DNA of 63,457 bases, filler included, from Atractiella rhizophila (GCA_021432655.1; 6 parts of 6 records of this genome joined end to end with filler, not necessarily neighbours in it), one strand, 5' to 3'; shown: positions 37,588 to 51,238, counted from the whole stretch's first letter. Notes: generated by a model not told the origin, from the letters alone. Made by a program: numbers and translations.

Positions 37588-38951
37588 AGTAAGTGGCTGA
37601 GAGGTAGTGAGGAGCAAGTGAAGTGTTGGGTCGTTGGTGAGGTGGAACTGGCGGTTTGAGAGTCAAGAAGAAGGCGATGACACGCCGCCCGCGGACTTCT
37701 TCCCGGACAGCACTATGTCCGTCTCGGCCCTCTCGAATGAGTGGAAAACGAGCAAAACTACGATGCAGGGACGATTTCCAGTCTTATTCGAGTTATTTGG
37801 AGTGTACTATGTTCAGTGCTATGTTGGGCGAGAGGCGAGAGTGGAGTGGGATAATGAAGCAAGGGAAAAACTGACTTCAGTCGAAGCATTTTGAGGAAAA
37901 GAATCAAGCGTGAGCATCTTTTCAAGCCCCAACAATTAGCACGAGAAGGCAAGCGTCTGGGCTGGCGGTATGCAGGAAATCATACATTCTTGCGTAACTG
38001 AAGTTTTGTTGGTGTCGTTCGGTCCATGAATTTTTCTGGTATCCTTCATCTACCATGTGAGATGATGTTTACCTCAGCAACTTGATGCGGAGAGTACGCA
38101 TTATGTATCTCTTCACTGTGGCTTTTAAATCCAACCTTCTTCATTCTTAACCTAAGTAGCTTCAGTGACTTCCTTCTTATGGAAGTGAATCCTTGGTACA
38201 CTCCATTTTCACTTCCCGCACTGCGCATCTAACCCGATATCGAGAATTTACAACGAGAAAAGGTCGACGACTCCCCTCCACTCTCCACGGGTGGGAGTAT
38301 CCCGCCGATCCTCGTCCTTCTTCGTTTTCGAGGTAAGGAGGAGGCGGAACATTCTCAAGAACAATTTGCTCCCTTTGAGTTCGCCTCCTTCATTTTCAGG
38401 GAGGAGGCGAAATTTTGTGGAGGTACATTTCATACCACTTCCGTAGAGTCGATGTAGTGTAGATCTTAAGTCCGTCATGTTGAGGGCTGCCTGCAATGGA
38501 TGATTCGGTATTTAGTGATCCGTTGAAGTGAGGAAGCTTCAGTGCAGCTACCTCCATATGTGGCTCAAAATGTGACTCTGGATCGGGCGAACATTCTTCG
38601 TAAATGTACTCGGGGAAACACAGAATGATGGAATGATGATGTTTGCTGCAGTAACATTTGTTCTTTTGCGTTACACCAGGTTACACTATGTTGGCAAGTG
38701 ACTCTGACTCGTGGTGCTGCGGCGGCTCGTGCTTCGTTCGCAAGTTCAAGCGCCGTATTCTTGATACAGTACATCTGGTGCGCACAAAAAGAACAGACCA
38801 AGTAACGGCGGTGAGCGGTGAAGTGGGTGATCTGTCGCCTCCGCGCCTGTAATGGCACTGGCGCGGACAGTGGTCTGTGACTTGGGTTGCGGTTCGCTGT
38901 CAGTGCGACCTACGCAAGCGCAGGACATTCATAATTATTCAGATGCTGGGA

Positions 38952-38958
38952 TATAAAA
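38952..38958 (+). promoter_or_regulatory. Candidate TATA box
   Basis: TATAAAA ~85 nt upstream of ATG 39040. Confidence 0.45.
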
Positions 38959-39039
38959 GAGCGCCCATTTGAACCTGAACGTCAACAACATCTCAATCTG
39001 CTTGCTGCTTCTACTTCAACCTGAGTTATCAAAAGCGAC

Positions 39040-39538
39040 ATGTCGAACAGCCTTCCTCCTTCCTATACTAGTAGCACTGGACCTTCGTCAACTTTTATCA
39101 CCACTCCTCTAGAAGACAGGAGGACTCATTTAATCCCTTGCATCAAGACTCAAAGCAAATCCTCTTCTTCTTCATCCGACATGAGCAAATCGCCTACAAC
39201 CTTCACTCTTCCGCTTCGTGCAAGTCGAGAGAAGAAGTCAAAGCATGAATCGGATAAGAAAACGAGATGGTGGACACGCTTCTTCCGTCCAACTGCCAAA
39301 CCTGATGCTCCAAAAGTCAGGCGAGGTCAGTGCTTCCCTTCTCTTTCCCTCTTCGTAGTGCCAATGCTGATGTTTGGGTTGAACGGATGAAGAGCGCAAG
39401 CGACCACCTCCCGTCTCAATGGATAGACGGTTAGCATCCACACAAATTCGTGGGAACGGTCACATTGGAGTAAGTTGTCTATCTTCTGTGCTCTGAACAA
39501 AAGTTGATGAGATTTTGTAGCACATGCATCTGTTGTGA
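39040..39538 (+). CDS. Small basic hypothetical protein (2-3 exons)
   Basis: TATA, ATG ORF MSNSLPPSY...KTRWWTRFFRP...KVRR, GTCAGT intron with CTGAT branch, in-frame ERKRPPPVSMDRRLAS.... Stop at 39496 or 39538 depending on a second intron. Confidence 0.5.
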
Positions 39539-39748
39539 TCTTCTCTTTGTCATCGCTTCGTTTTTCGTTCTCTCTTCGCAGCAATAGTGTTGGCAGTCGT
39601 AGATGTTTCCATGGTTCGCACATGTTCAAAATCATTAAACAATTGATAATTGCACTAAAAACCCAAAGGATCTCGCCTCCACCCAAGAGACGGATGTGCC
39701 TTCTCGTCCAGCAACGTTTTTGCACTCAAATGAAGTCATAGCAGCCTG

Positions 39749-40491
39749 TCAGAAAAGAGACTGGTAGGCAAGCTTCCCATAAGCATAAAGACAAGTAAAC
39801 AACAATCCTATTCCCAGTCGATGAGGTTCCAGCTACAGCTTTAAAAGACAACTAACCAGGTGCACCAATGTGGGAGAACCCTCCCAAACCGGAATACCTC
39901 TTTTTAGGGACTCCAGTCGCGTACCCAATGGTATAAAAGATCCTTCCTGCAACACGCAGCACGACAGTGAAGTCAGAATACAACAGTATCGCAATGTTTT
40001 AGACGGGACGACATACCAACCACGAAGAGCGTGCCAAAAACGGCAGCCAGTCTTGGATGTTTGAGCCCTGCGAATGCGAGGGAGAAATAGAAGGCAGGGA
40101 GGGCTTCGAGCATGTTTTGATTTGCCTGTAGAGCGCGTGTGCTTTAGTGTCAACGGACGGGGGATGCGAGACGCGAGGACATACTCGTTGGGCACAATTG
40201 AAAGCTATGGCTTCGGGACGCTTGTCATCCGCTGGAGCGTACGCCAGAGGATAGGGAACACCAGCTCTTTGCCTTGCGCCGCCAACCACTGTTGCCCCAA
40301 GTGTTACATCTCATTTTATTCATTGAGGAGTTGGGAAGCGAACCAATAAATCGTTGCCATTCCACTACCAAACCCGCCAATCCTCCCTATGAAACTTGTG
40401 AGCCCTGGACAAGTTCGCTCAGAAAAATTGCAGCACTTACGACGAGAATGACCCATGGATACTCAGCTGGCAGGGAGAGCGTCAGAGACAT
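39749..40491 (-). CDS. MGST3: MAPEG-family microsomal glutathione S-transferase 3-like, 6 exons
   Basis: Spliced MSLTLSLPAEYPWVILV|GGLAGLVVEWQRFI|VVGGARQRAGVPYPLAYA...AFNCAQR|ANQNMLEALP...GLKHPRLAA...|GRIFYTIGYATGVPKKR...|LLFTCLYAYGKLAYQSLF*. Confidence 0.9.
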
Positions 40492-41313
40492 CTTGTTTCA
40501 GTCGACTTCAAGGTTTTTCTGCTTTCTGCACTTGCAATGGCACTGGGAACTGATGTCGACGTTTGGAAGTACCTTTTTATCGTGAGCCAGTCGTCCAGTC
40601 GACTTCACATACCCAGGCACACATGCCACGCAAGCCGACACGTGTCCTTACCGGTGGGTGGGTGGGTTTCGGGGTTTCTTTCTTCAACAACCATGGCCGA
40701 ACGGGCCCTGAGAGAGTTTGTGTTACCTCACCTCCTGGTTGTGGCAACGCGCGTAAGCTCCAGAGAACCCGACTTGTAATTCGGTCCACGATCTTGCAAG
40801 ACGGAGTCTCCGCTAGCTATGCTATGGCGTGGCTGATTGATGTTCATTGTCATTGTGGAGGCCAGAGGAGCGAGATATTCGACGATTCCTTCCTAGTCGC
40901 ACAATGCTCAGATACAGATCCGGATATCACAGCCAGATTACTAAAGCAAGGACCAGTCACGGCAGCAAAGCAATGTGCACTTTTTCAATAAGGGAGCATT
41001 TAGGATTATAATAAGTTGAATATTCATTGTCGCTCGTGTTACAAACAGCACTCAGACACGACTCAGATCAAATCCTTGTTCGGTAGCATACTGGAAGAAT
41101 ACGCATCAAAGAATACGCATCATAACACTTTAACCTAACATCTGCACGTCTCTAAAGCTAGATCCTTACTAAACCTATACCTTTGCTCTGACCACGAATA
41201 AATAATGACTGCGGTATAAAGAGATAATGTGCTTGTTGAACCACGATTCATTCCAGGACATGAACGAAATACGTAGACCGTCACGGATGCAAATGCTTGT
41301 TCTATCACAATTT

Positions 41314-44300
41314 TCAGTGCCCTAAGCCAGCCTCCACAAGTCTTTTAAAAGCTCCATCTTCTTTCGCAAGCAAAGCTTGAGTTTTACCGAACTCCAGGAC
41401 TTCTCCAGCGTCCAACACAAGGGTGTTCTCGTGATCCAAAATTGTCGATATCCGATGTGCAATGCTGATGATCGTGCTCTCCCGAAAAGCATTGCTCAGA
41501 GTCTCCTGTATAAAACTTTGCGTTTGTAGGTCAATTGAAGAGGTCGCTTCATCAAATGCGACAATCTTTGAGTTCCGTAAAAGTGCACGAGCGAGAGCAA
41601 GGAGCTGGGATTCTGTGAGCAATTTACCCGGTCAGCAGTCAGTTGACATCGCTTGATTGGAATAATGGCCACAACGCACCCCCGCGGGAAAATGAAGCTC
41701 CGTCTTTGATAACCGTATCCAACTTCTCCGGGAGGCGCTCGACCGCCTGTTTGATTTGACATCTCTCCAGAGCATGCCAGATTTCGTCGTCGGTGTGTTG
41801 TTCTTCTAGATCTAAATTCTCTCGAAGGGATAGTTCGAGCATCATGGGATCTTTAAACGAGTGAGAAAGGACACGGTGAAGAGGGAAGAGGTAAACCTTG
41901 TGGGATAATGGTCAGATTCGACCTTAAAGTTCGTAAAGGCACCGTGGATATGTCGATTCCATCAACTACATGTATGTTTAGATCATAAAACTGAAGAAAG
42001 GTAGACGAACTTGAAATAGACCCTCCCTCGTCGACAGGTAGCATTCTGAACAAGGCTCCAAGCATTGTGGATTTGCCTAGGATAGCACTCAACCTTTCTT
42101 GTCGGCAGTATAATATCCGAAGACCTCACCGCTCCCCGTCCTTCCGCACACGCCCAAACTTTGACCACCTCTGATGCGAAATGTCAAATTTTTCAATGCA
42201 GGTGGTAACCCGGGTCGATAACGAACGGTCGCGTTGTTAAATAGTACGGATCCTTCAGCGGGCCAGTCTTTCAGTGTCGATTTTGATGATACTGCGGAGT
42301 CTGAGCTGCCTTCTGTCAATGCAGTGGTATCTTCGGGCGGCAACTCGCTGACGACCAATCAGAGACGACGACGAGGAAGCATGACGCCTACGAGAACATT
42401 TTCAGCCTTTCCATCGCAATGATCAAGATTTCGGCTTGCATAATTGAACTGTAAACAATGTTAGCAGCTGCTGATATATTCTCAAAGTACACACAAAAGT
42501 AAATGGTTGAGCATCGTGGTCAGTTCGGTCGCTTGAACTAATGCGACAGCAACTAAAGCAGCAGAAGCGCTATCGCGTAAAACAACAGCTAAAGTAATGA
42601 GGGCAATATTGATGCAAGTCGTGATAAGAGAGGCGCTTGTGGTGAGCCAGCGTCGAGCCACGTTAAGCAGTAAGAAAGGCTTCTGCGAAGTTTGTGTTCG
42701 CGACGAGTTTAGATGCCGCAGAGTCTCTTCTCCTCCAAAGGCGCGGATCGTTCTCAGCCCATTCGGATCGATTCTGCAACGGGATTTGAGCTCAGCTCGA
42801 GGTCTCGGAGTAAGGATAAGACTACGTTTCACCGAATAAAGAATAAAGTGGGGACTTGCTGCCCATGTCTAGGCGACCTGCAGACTCGTTGAGTTAAGTT
42901 CCTTTGAGACTAGAGGACGAACGAAGCATTCTGCTGGTATGCTATAGCAAGTTGTTAGCAGAGACCACGGAAGGAAACGGTTCGACATACCCCATAAAAT
43001 CTCTGAATGTACCAGAAAAGTATCGATGCCGCAGCAAAGACGATCAAGATATATGGAACCGAAACGGATATCAGGATGACGCTGCCGATGCAAGCAAGAG
43101 CAACGGAAACGGTATTGATGACGGCGATAGGCAGTTCCCAGCTGAGCGCGATGGATGAGCCAGAATTGTTAGGAGAGAAATAGACACACTCGACAACAAA
43201 TATGTCCTGACTGAAGCGATTTATAATCTTTCCAAAGCTATTGGTATCTACGCGTCCTGTCAAACTTTTTCAAAGCTCGGAAGTCTCCACAAACCAAAAA
43301 AAGGCATGGATGTCCTTCACATAAGACTGTGAGAACAGTCGTAATGGGGGCATGGTACACACCGTAAAACACCCCTCGAAACCCGGCTGTGAATGACCCC
43401 CGAAACTTTAGCAGGAAAAGAGACAATGGTGTAGTAGATTCCTAGGGATAGGGCTACAAGGTAGGCAAGCTCGATGGCGGCATAGCCACCAATAAATTTA
43501 GGTAGGGTACCTTCTGGATTCGTTGTCTTCGACCACGCTTGCTGATATATGGGTATAGAGGAGTTGATGGCGCTAAAACAGTACGTATTAGCGAGATTTT
43601 AGCGGTAAAAGGGAGATACAAACGTGGCGGCGATTTCCAAAAGGAAATAGATAACAGCAGCAAAAACGCCCGATGCACCGCTGATTCTTTGATGAGAAGC
43701 AGCGTAAATTGGGAGAGAAACTCACAAATAGAACCAGTATGTTGAAAACTGGGTGACAAAACTCAAATCAGCTGTCCTATTCTTCTAGGAAGAGTACTGC
43801 CACGCACGCCAACCTTCCTGACTTCAAATTCGTCGTCCTTTTCTTCCTCCTCTTCCAGTCCATAAACTTGCTTTCCTTTCTGCTCCCCATGATTCTTTTT
43901 CTCCTTGCCCGAGTCAGTTTCGGATGTTGCCATGAACTCAGAAATAAACTGTGAGGTTACTCCTCCCTTTTCAAGTAGATCATCACATTTGCCGGTTTCT
44001 GCAATCTTGCAACTCTGCAACATGATGATCTCGTCTGCCGTTCTAAGCCGGTTGGCTGCTCCAACCCATAAGTTGCGCTTGAAACACCAAGAAAGCTCAC
44101 CAGCATTCGTAACCATGAGAACAGTTTTGCCTTTGAGCAGTCCGTTCGGGCCAAAGAGGCTTTCAAAGACGTGAGTTTCGGTCGTAGCATCAAGCGCGGA
44201 GAGGACGTCATCCAAAAGTGCAATGTCTACTTGAGCAAATAGGAGACGAGCAAGAGCGACTCGGGCCTGCCTCAGAGCGACACTACATTTAGCTAGTACA

Positions 44301-46682
44301 GTCCGAATAGACAAAAACGCACCTTTTGACCCCCAGATAAATCGCTCGCTGGTGTCCTGTCTCCTCTGTGCAAGATCTATGCCCATCTAAGTTGGACCTT
44401 GTTGAAGTAGCAGAGTTGGCGAACTTGGAAATCGACGTCTAAGGCAACTGCTTTCACAACCTTCTCATAAAGCTCTGGGTTTGGAGCACTGAGAAATTCA
44501 ATGTTCGATTTGACACTTTCCGCAAGTCGGAGCCACGGATTCTGGGAGCAGTAACCGATACGTCCATGAGCATGTAGATTCGACATAGTGCCATCGACAA
44601 GGTCGAGCTCCCCGAGAAGTGCTTGGAGTAACAAGCTTTTACCCTAAGGCAGATTAAGCTTGAGGGGGGGCATGATGCACCGAAAGAACGTACTGATCCT
44701 ACACGTCCAATGATCATGATAACATCTCCTTTGCGACAATGGAGATCAATTTCCGAGAGCAAAGTCGTGCCATTGAGCTGAAATGAAGCTGCTGCTGCTT
44801 GAATAACGACAGCACCAGCTTCATACTTTTCTTTTTTCTCGTCATCCTCGGTGAGAGTACGATACTTCTTCTCCTCTTTCAACAGTAGCGTCTGTCAACA
44901 CGCCAAAAGTTTAGGGAGTCGTGTTTGATGATGCAGGGAAACGGACCTCGATCCTTTTTATACTCACAAATCCACCCTGAACCGTGTTGTAACTCTGACC
45001 CAGGTTCAAAAGTGGTTCAGCGATGATAGACACCGTCGCAATGACCGTGAACAATTTGGATGGAGAAATCTGGTAAGTCGGATCGTCGGATACAAGAGCA
45101 GAGACCCCATAAGCGCTTTGCGCGGGGAATTGTAAGGAATCATCACTGGTGGGATAGAACATACATGAGGGTGCAAAGGTTAATAAAATTGGTGCTCCAA
45201 TCTAGGAACCATCAGTGCGAGGCATCGAGACAAAGGCAAGCTTACTAGTAGAAACCACTGTCTTACATACTTCTTGACCAAAATACTTGTACGCCTTGAC
45301 CTCAGTCTCCTTCAACGCGTGAATCTTTCCTCCCACAACCTCCTCGTAAGCCCCAAGTTTCACACTCTTGATATTCTTCAACACGCTGCCGATCAGCTTT
45401 GTCCTCTCATCAATAGACGTGCTCCACTGAGCCTGGGCTTTCCCAACATTCTTCGAGAGGATAGGAATAAGGAGCAAGGAGACAATGGCGCCAACCAGGG
45501 GGGCAATGAAGGCGAATTTTATTTGCTTGTAGAGGATCAGGAGCCCCAGCGCGATTGTTACAAATGCGGAATAAAGCTCTGCCCGTTCAGTTGACACGTC
45601 AGTCAGCCCGATTTGAAGGAAGGAGCATGCCAACCATGTAACACCCTTTGCTGGTTGCCTATCCGCTCCACGTCCACACTCATATAATTCCCCGCCGTTC
45701 CTCCTCCAATCTCGGCGGCGACAGAGATGTGAAGTTTAAGAGTTTTCCTATAGATAGCCTCGATGAGGAAGCCACGCAATACGGATTGTGCCCGATTAAT
45801 GGCGTATTGTCTTTAGCCCATGAAGTATGCAATAAGCACCTCTTTTGTCCCCGAGGAAAAGTTATCGAGGAATCTAACACTCACTTCATTCCATCGGAAA
45901 GCGCAATAATTACCAGAACCAGCCCAAACGCAGATACGAGCGACCATCCAATATAGCTTGGTTGAGGATCGTCCGTCGAATATGTCCTTTGGCCCATATA
46001 GAATAAAGTCAGTGTGTGACGAATAAAGAGGCAGAAAGGATTCTCACGATATAAAATGGACAAGGTCTCCGATTAGCAGTGGCTGTGCAATCACCGCTAA
46101 TGAGCGAACAAGGCATGGCACAACTGGAGCCGCCAGAGGGAATGCAAAGGCTGTGAGTAAGGAGCGGATGAGAGGGCGGTTTGCGTTCTTCTCCCTGTTG
46201 ATCATGCTTAATCGCCAGCTAGCTGGAACAAAGAAAGAGGAAACGACCTATTCTTTTGCCACACCTTATCTCCCGTTTCCCACAAGGCCGTGCTTTCCAG
46301 GGCATCATCAATATCACCAAGGTCGTCCATAGTGAGAGGTTTATGGGCTCCCTTCCATAGGATCGGGAAATACCAAATAAAACAAAGTCTGGAGAAAAAC
46401 CCTGCGGTGCTTTCTGGCGCCAGGATCATGCTTTGGTTGTACAGGAGGATAATCGAGCGTTTGGAGAACTGTTCTGTGACGAGGATGAAGAAGCGGCAGG
46501 TGTATTGTACGACGAATGCTCGGAAGAAAGGCGTTGACGACACATGGACCAGTGTGAAGGTCCGAAGAAGTGCGGTTTGGGAGAGAAGCGTGCAGAAGAG
46601 GTAGAGAGAGAGCAGGAGAGAGGAGCGTCTGGCCCGCGAATGCTCTAGGAGACAGAGACAGAGCGCTACAACCTATTTACAG
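41314..46682 (-). CDS. ABCC/MRP-type ABC transporter, near full length; 5' end beyond contig edge
   Basis: NBD1 GRVGS|GKS, LSGGQK, LLDDVLSALD; TMD2 IINRFSQDI; NBD2 GRTGS|GKS, TIIPQ, FSRG|ESQLLALARALL, FDEATS, IAHRI. Confidence 0.93.
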
Positions 46683-46782
46683 NNNNNNNNNNNNNNNNNN
46701 NNNNNNNNNNNNNNNNNNNNNNNNNNTTAATTAATTAANNNNNNNNNNNNNNNNNNNNNNNNNNNNNNNNNNNNNNNNNNNN
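46683..46782. other. Artificial contig linker
   Basis: N44-TTAATTAATTAA-N44. Confidence 0.98.
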
Positions 46783-46857
46783 GTCAAGCGATTTTCTTGG
46801 GGAGCAAAAGCCAAGGCACCTGGAGGTGGAGGGCAGCAAGAAGGGGCAAGAAAGAAG

Positions 46858-49800
46858 ATGAGGAAGTATCTGGCACCCGGTTCGGTCAACTGGATCGAAG
46901 ACGAAGAGCAGAAGCAATCGCTGCTTCAGGTTCCCCAGACAGATTCTACAGGGAGAGTAAAGGAGGCGCCTGCAAGTGCCGCACCAAAACCTTCTTCACC
47001 ACCCCGGAAAGCTCGAAAATACCTCCTCTGGACCAACGGACAATTCTTTCTATTGTTCTTTATTTTCTTCTTAGTCGCAGCTGTTGCTCTCATAGGTTCG
47101 TCATAGTTCTTCGTTCATGAACCCCCAAGCTGATTCTCGCTATCTTCAGGCCCTGATTACCTTCCTCCCAGTCTGCTATCTTGTCTCTTGACTTACGAGG
47201 GAACGCTGACCAATACCTTGTAGCTGTTTGTGTCTGGGGTGGAAACGACTGCAACTACCCGGCCGGGTCTGGCCTCGCCATGCGTCCATCTTACAAAATC
47301 GAGAAGTCGCTTTGGACCTCATCCGCACGTCAAGGCGTCATCCTTTTTGCGCTGGTTCCGCTGGTTGTTACCCTCGGTCTCAAACAGTGGCCTTTCAACA
47401 TTTTTGCTATTCCCTATGGCATCAACTACCACTTTGACAAGACCCTCAACATTCACAGGTCCGTTCCTCGTTGAATACTTTGGTTCAACATTCCTAACAC
47501 TGTCCTAGATGGGTCGGCCGATTAATCTGGCTTTGGACGAGTATTCACGCTGCTACATGGTTACGACAACTGTACATTGACAAGACGCCATTCAATCAAC
47601 GGTAAACCTTTCTTTATTCATTCTTCAACGAGTCTGAACACTTGTCGCAGAGTTCTTGATAAAGCTCCTAATAAGTGTACGTCCATTCTGCTCATGGTGA
47701 GAAGAGCTCACAGTGTTGCCTTTCAGATGGCTTCATCGCCGCAATATTCGTCCGTAGCTGTCCCGTTCTTCCGTCTCTCTCTAACGCGCAATCTAGGCAT
47801 ACATTTCTCTCAGTTTCATCATTATTTTCTCGTTCATCCACATTCGGAGCAAGTTCTACGAGTTCTTCTACTATTCCCACATCATTCTTGTCATAGGTTT
47901 CATTGCAACCTCTCTCGGTGTGTCCTATGGTGACCTGGGACGTGCATCACTGACTGGACAGTGCAGCTCATTGGCCGGGGCTGTATGCATATCTCACCTT
48001 CGCCCTGGCACTCTGGTTCGCAGAACGTTTGGTCCGGTTCTTCCTCTGGTTTTGGGTGAACGGTATCGGTGTCACCGCGCGGATACGTTCTCAGATGCCT
48101 TCTCATGTTCAACTCGTTGGCGTCGAGTATACAGGAAAAGAGCTTCCTAAATATGATCCCACAGAAGACGAATATGACGAATCAGACGATCTTATTCCTG
48201 CAAAGCCGAGTCAACTCGAACCGGAACCATCAAGCTCTGACTCCGACGAAAAGAAGGCGCTCTCCAAACCTCGTCGACGACCCAATCAACAATCTCGAAT
48301 GCTTCGACCTGTTTCAGTTTTCGAATATGGACCTGGCCAAGCGCACGCGAGGGGACAAGATGGACGGCTGCCGCGAAATGCCCGTGGGCATGCTGTGACC
48401 TCCATGATCGAGCGGGACGATGAGCAGTTTAAACGTTAGCAGTTCCGCCATACCTTCTTGTCCTAGCTAAATGTCCATTAGGAATGTTCAAGGAACGGTT
48501 CAAACGCCCTAGGCCACCTGCAGGTTATGCTTTCGCCGAACTGCTGCCTGGGCAACTCATTCGTCTGACCGTTCGAACAATACGGACTGTCCGATGGAAA
48601 CCTGGACAAAACCTTCTCATCACTTTACCTGAAATCGAGCGATATCAAAGCCACCCTTTTACAATCGCCAACTGCGATGTACGGGAGAAGACGATACTCA
48701 GTTACGATCGATTTGACAAAGGAAGCACTCTAGTGTTTCTCATCAAGATTCGTTGCGGGTTTACAAGAGCGTTGAAGGACAAAATTCACGAAATGAGAAA
48801 AACAGACGTGAATGGCATGTCGTCTCTAGCTCCTCCTCGTTCAATCGCTTTCCGGGCCATGGTATCAATCCCTACAGGCAGTTCTGGTCGAACAAAGTGG
48901 CACAAGTGAGTATAACAATTAAGTGGAGAATGGCATCCTGATTAAATGCAGATATCCCACCGTCATCATCGTCGTTGGAGGTAGTGGAATCACCTTCGGC
49001 CTATCAGCCCTTGAGTTCTTGTGTCGATCTATTAAAGCTAGAGACGATGCCGGAATTATGCTGCGGGATACATTCTTCAAGACTGTCCGGATAAGATTTG
49101 TTTGGACCATCAAGGAATACGGTATGCTTTTCTAGAGAAATGAATTATGTAGCTGACATGGCTTGTCAGCGCATCTGGCTTGGTGTGCCCGCACTATCAT
49201 CGACTGCACGACCATGGTAAAGCCTGATCAACTTCAACTCGATTTATGCGTTACTTCGGGCCAAAAACCAACCTTTCACAGGGTCCCTAGAGAACGTGCT
49301 GATGCTATCCCTGAGGAGCCCGAGGATGAGGAAGGAGCAGAAGCCGATTCGGAACGGAAGCGCCCATTCCGGCGCCATTCTGTCGACAGCCGTCGAGATT
49401 CAATCGATAGCACCAACAGCACTTTGGTGGACGACGACCGCAATCCGTTTGCAGACAGTCGGCGCAATTCCTATGACTTCAAGAAAGACGACTACGGCCA
49501 CAAAAGCGATCATTCTCGCAGCAGTGATTTTTATGACGACGACGATCCATACCGCCATCACACACTCAGTCGGGTTCCTAGTCGTAGAAGTTCTTACAGC
49601 TCTGATCGTTACGAAGAAGATGAGTTCCACCCGATGGAGTATGCTATGGATGACGATGATCGTTGGGACCGCAACCGAGAAGAAGAGGCGCTTCACAATG
49701 TTCTGAAGAAAGAAGGAAAGATTAGACGTGCACACTCACGTATGGAGCGAGGGATTGAACAACCACGCGGTTCCAAGTCAAAAAATGAGACTAAGCACTC

Positions 49801-50316
49801 CCGGAGTCGTAGCGACGCCCCTTCAAAGCCCTCAAAGTCGAAGAAACAGTCCACAGCGTCAGACTCCTCCCAACCGTCGAAGCCGCAAGCCAGCTCCTCT
49901 GTCAAGCGCGAATCTTCTTACCTCACCTCATCCATTGTGCCCACAGATAAGGATTTTTTCTTCGACCTAGACGAAGATGAGCAAGAAGACCTACGACTAG
50001 TCTCAGAACTAGCAGTCAATTCCCGTCCCAATCTAGAGAAGCTTATTGACGAGGAAATCGCTATAGCGACTGGCATGATCCTGGTCTCTACCTGTACGTT
50101 CCATCTCTCTTTCCGAGCACTTCGACTTACCACCAAACAGGTGGTCCCGTTGCCCTGAACCACTCCCTGCGTGACATTGTAAGCGCACGCATTGACCCAT
50201 CCAAAGTCTTACGTGGCGATTCTCGTGGACACCTCGAACTTATTGCTGAAGAATTGTACGTTCATCATTCATGCTTACATGTTGACATGCTAAAGATACT
50301 ATTTAGTGGAATGTGA
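46858..50316 (+). CDS. Ferric reductase-like transmembrane flavocytochrome (FRE family)
   Basis: Heme His pairs NIHR|WVGRLIWLWTSIH and FYEFFYYSH...A|HWP; WKPGQ; QSHPFTIAN (FAD); IVVGGSGIT (NADPH); RFVWTIKEY; C|GP..L; terminal EEF|GM*. Confidence 0.88.
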
Positions 50317-50508
50317 CCGATGTTGTATGCAGTATAGAAGAAGTTACTTGCAATTCACTTGCTTTTATGTGCATTATCCCATACCAATGTGTCGGGAAAA
50401 CACCAGAAAGCTTGAAACACAAAATCAGCAATCGTCAGAATAATTCACGTGCATGAATGCAGCAAAGCATTACTCAGTTGCATTGGGGATGCATGAAATT
50501 ATTGTCTG

Positions 50509-50978
50509 CTAATCATCGACTGTAGGATAATCATATGGGTTCCTGTGCAAAAAGAAATTTATGAGGAAACTTGCACACCTCGGGATGATGGGGAACTGAC
50601 GGTCTCGCTTCCCAAACGTCTTCACTTGACTTTCCTGGTTCCAGTCGCCGTTTTGCCCACCACTCTGCACGCCTCTTGATCCACATTTCTGTCCGTCGTT
50701 CCTCAGATAGACCTTTGAGGGACCAACAGAACTTCAAATCGTCTAGTTTTCGGCTGCATTGTCGTGGACCACCATGACGATAGAAGGACATGAACTGGCC
50801 CTTTAAATCTTTTTTGAAACTTTGTCATACTTTCTTTACAGCCAGAGTGGAGCTTACTGAAGCAGAGAAGGAACTGATCAAAGAGAGTAACGCAGGAAGG
50901 AGCTCCACCCTGCATTTTTAAAGAGTGGGCTTGCAACGGAAGCTCTTCTGCAACCACATCCTCATAAGTCTTAGGCAT
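50509..50978 (-). CDS. EMI1: Early meiotic induction protein 1 (EMI1/DUF3128) homolog
   Basis: SCVTLFDQFLLCF|..GQFMSFYRHG..RQCSRKLDDLKFC (twin Cx9C) ...SSEDVWEAR. Confidence 0.85.
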
Positions 50979-51238
50979 GTGCCTATGTGCGTTCTTTCCT
51001 TCCAAAAGGCGTTAAGGCTGAAGCTCTGAAGGCTGAAAGGACGTCCACTCCCAGTTTTTGAAAGCTGTACCCGTGATCACAGCCGTAGTCAGCTGAAGTC
51101 ACGTGAGACAATCGCTGGGCTGGCAGGTGGTAACATATTCACCAACAAAGAAATTGCAAACTTGGACTCTGTTTCGCGTTTTGCTATTTACAATAACCCA
51201 ATGCAAACATCGAAAGTCTGATTTGCATTCGCCAAGCT

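Noticed and set aside
38633..38707. ATGATGA...CTGA spacing like a C/D-box snoRNA
   Set aside because: No terminal stem or recognisable rRNA-antisense element; such motifs arise by chance. Would need snoscan/Infernal.
38046..38928. Short ORFs between YPT1 and the 39040 gene
   Set aside because: No consistent splice model or recognisable domain.
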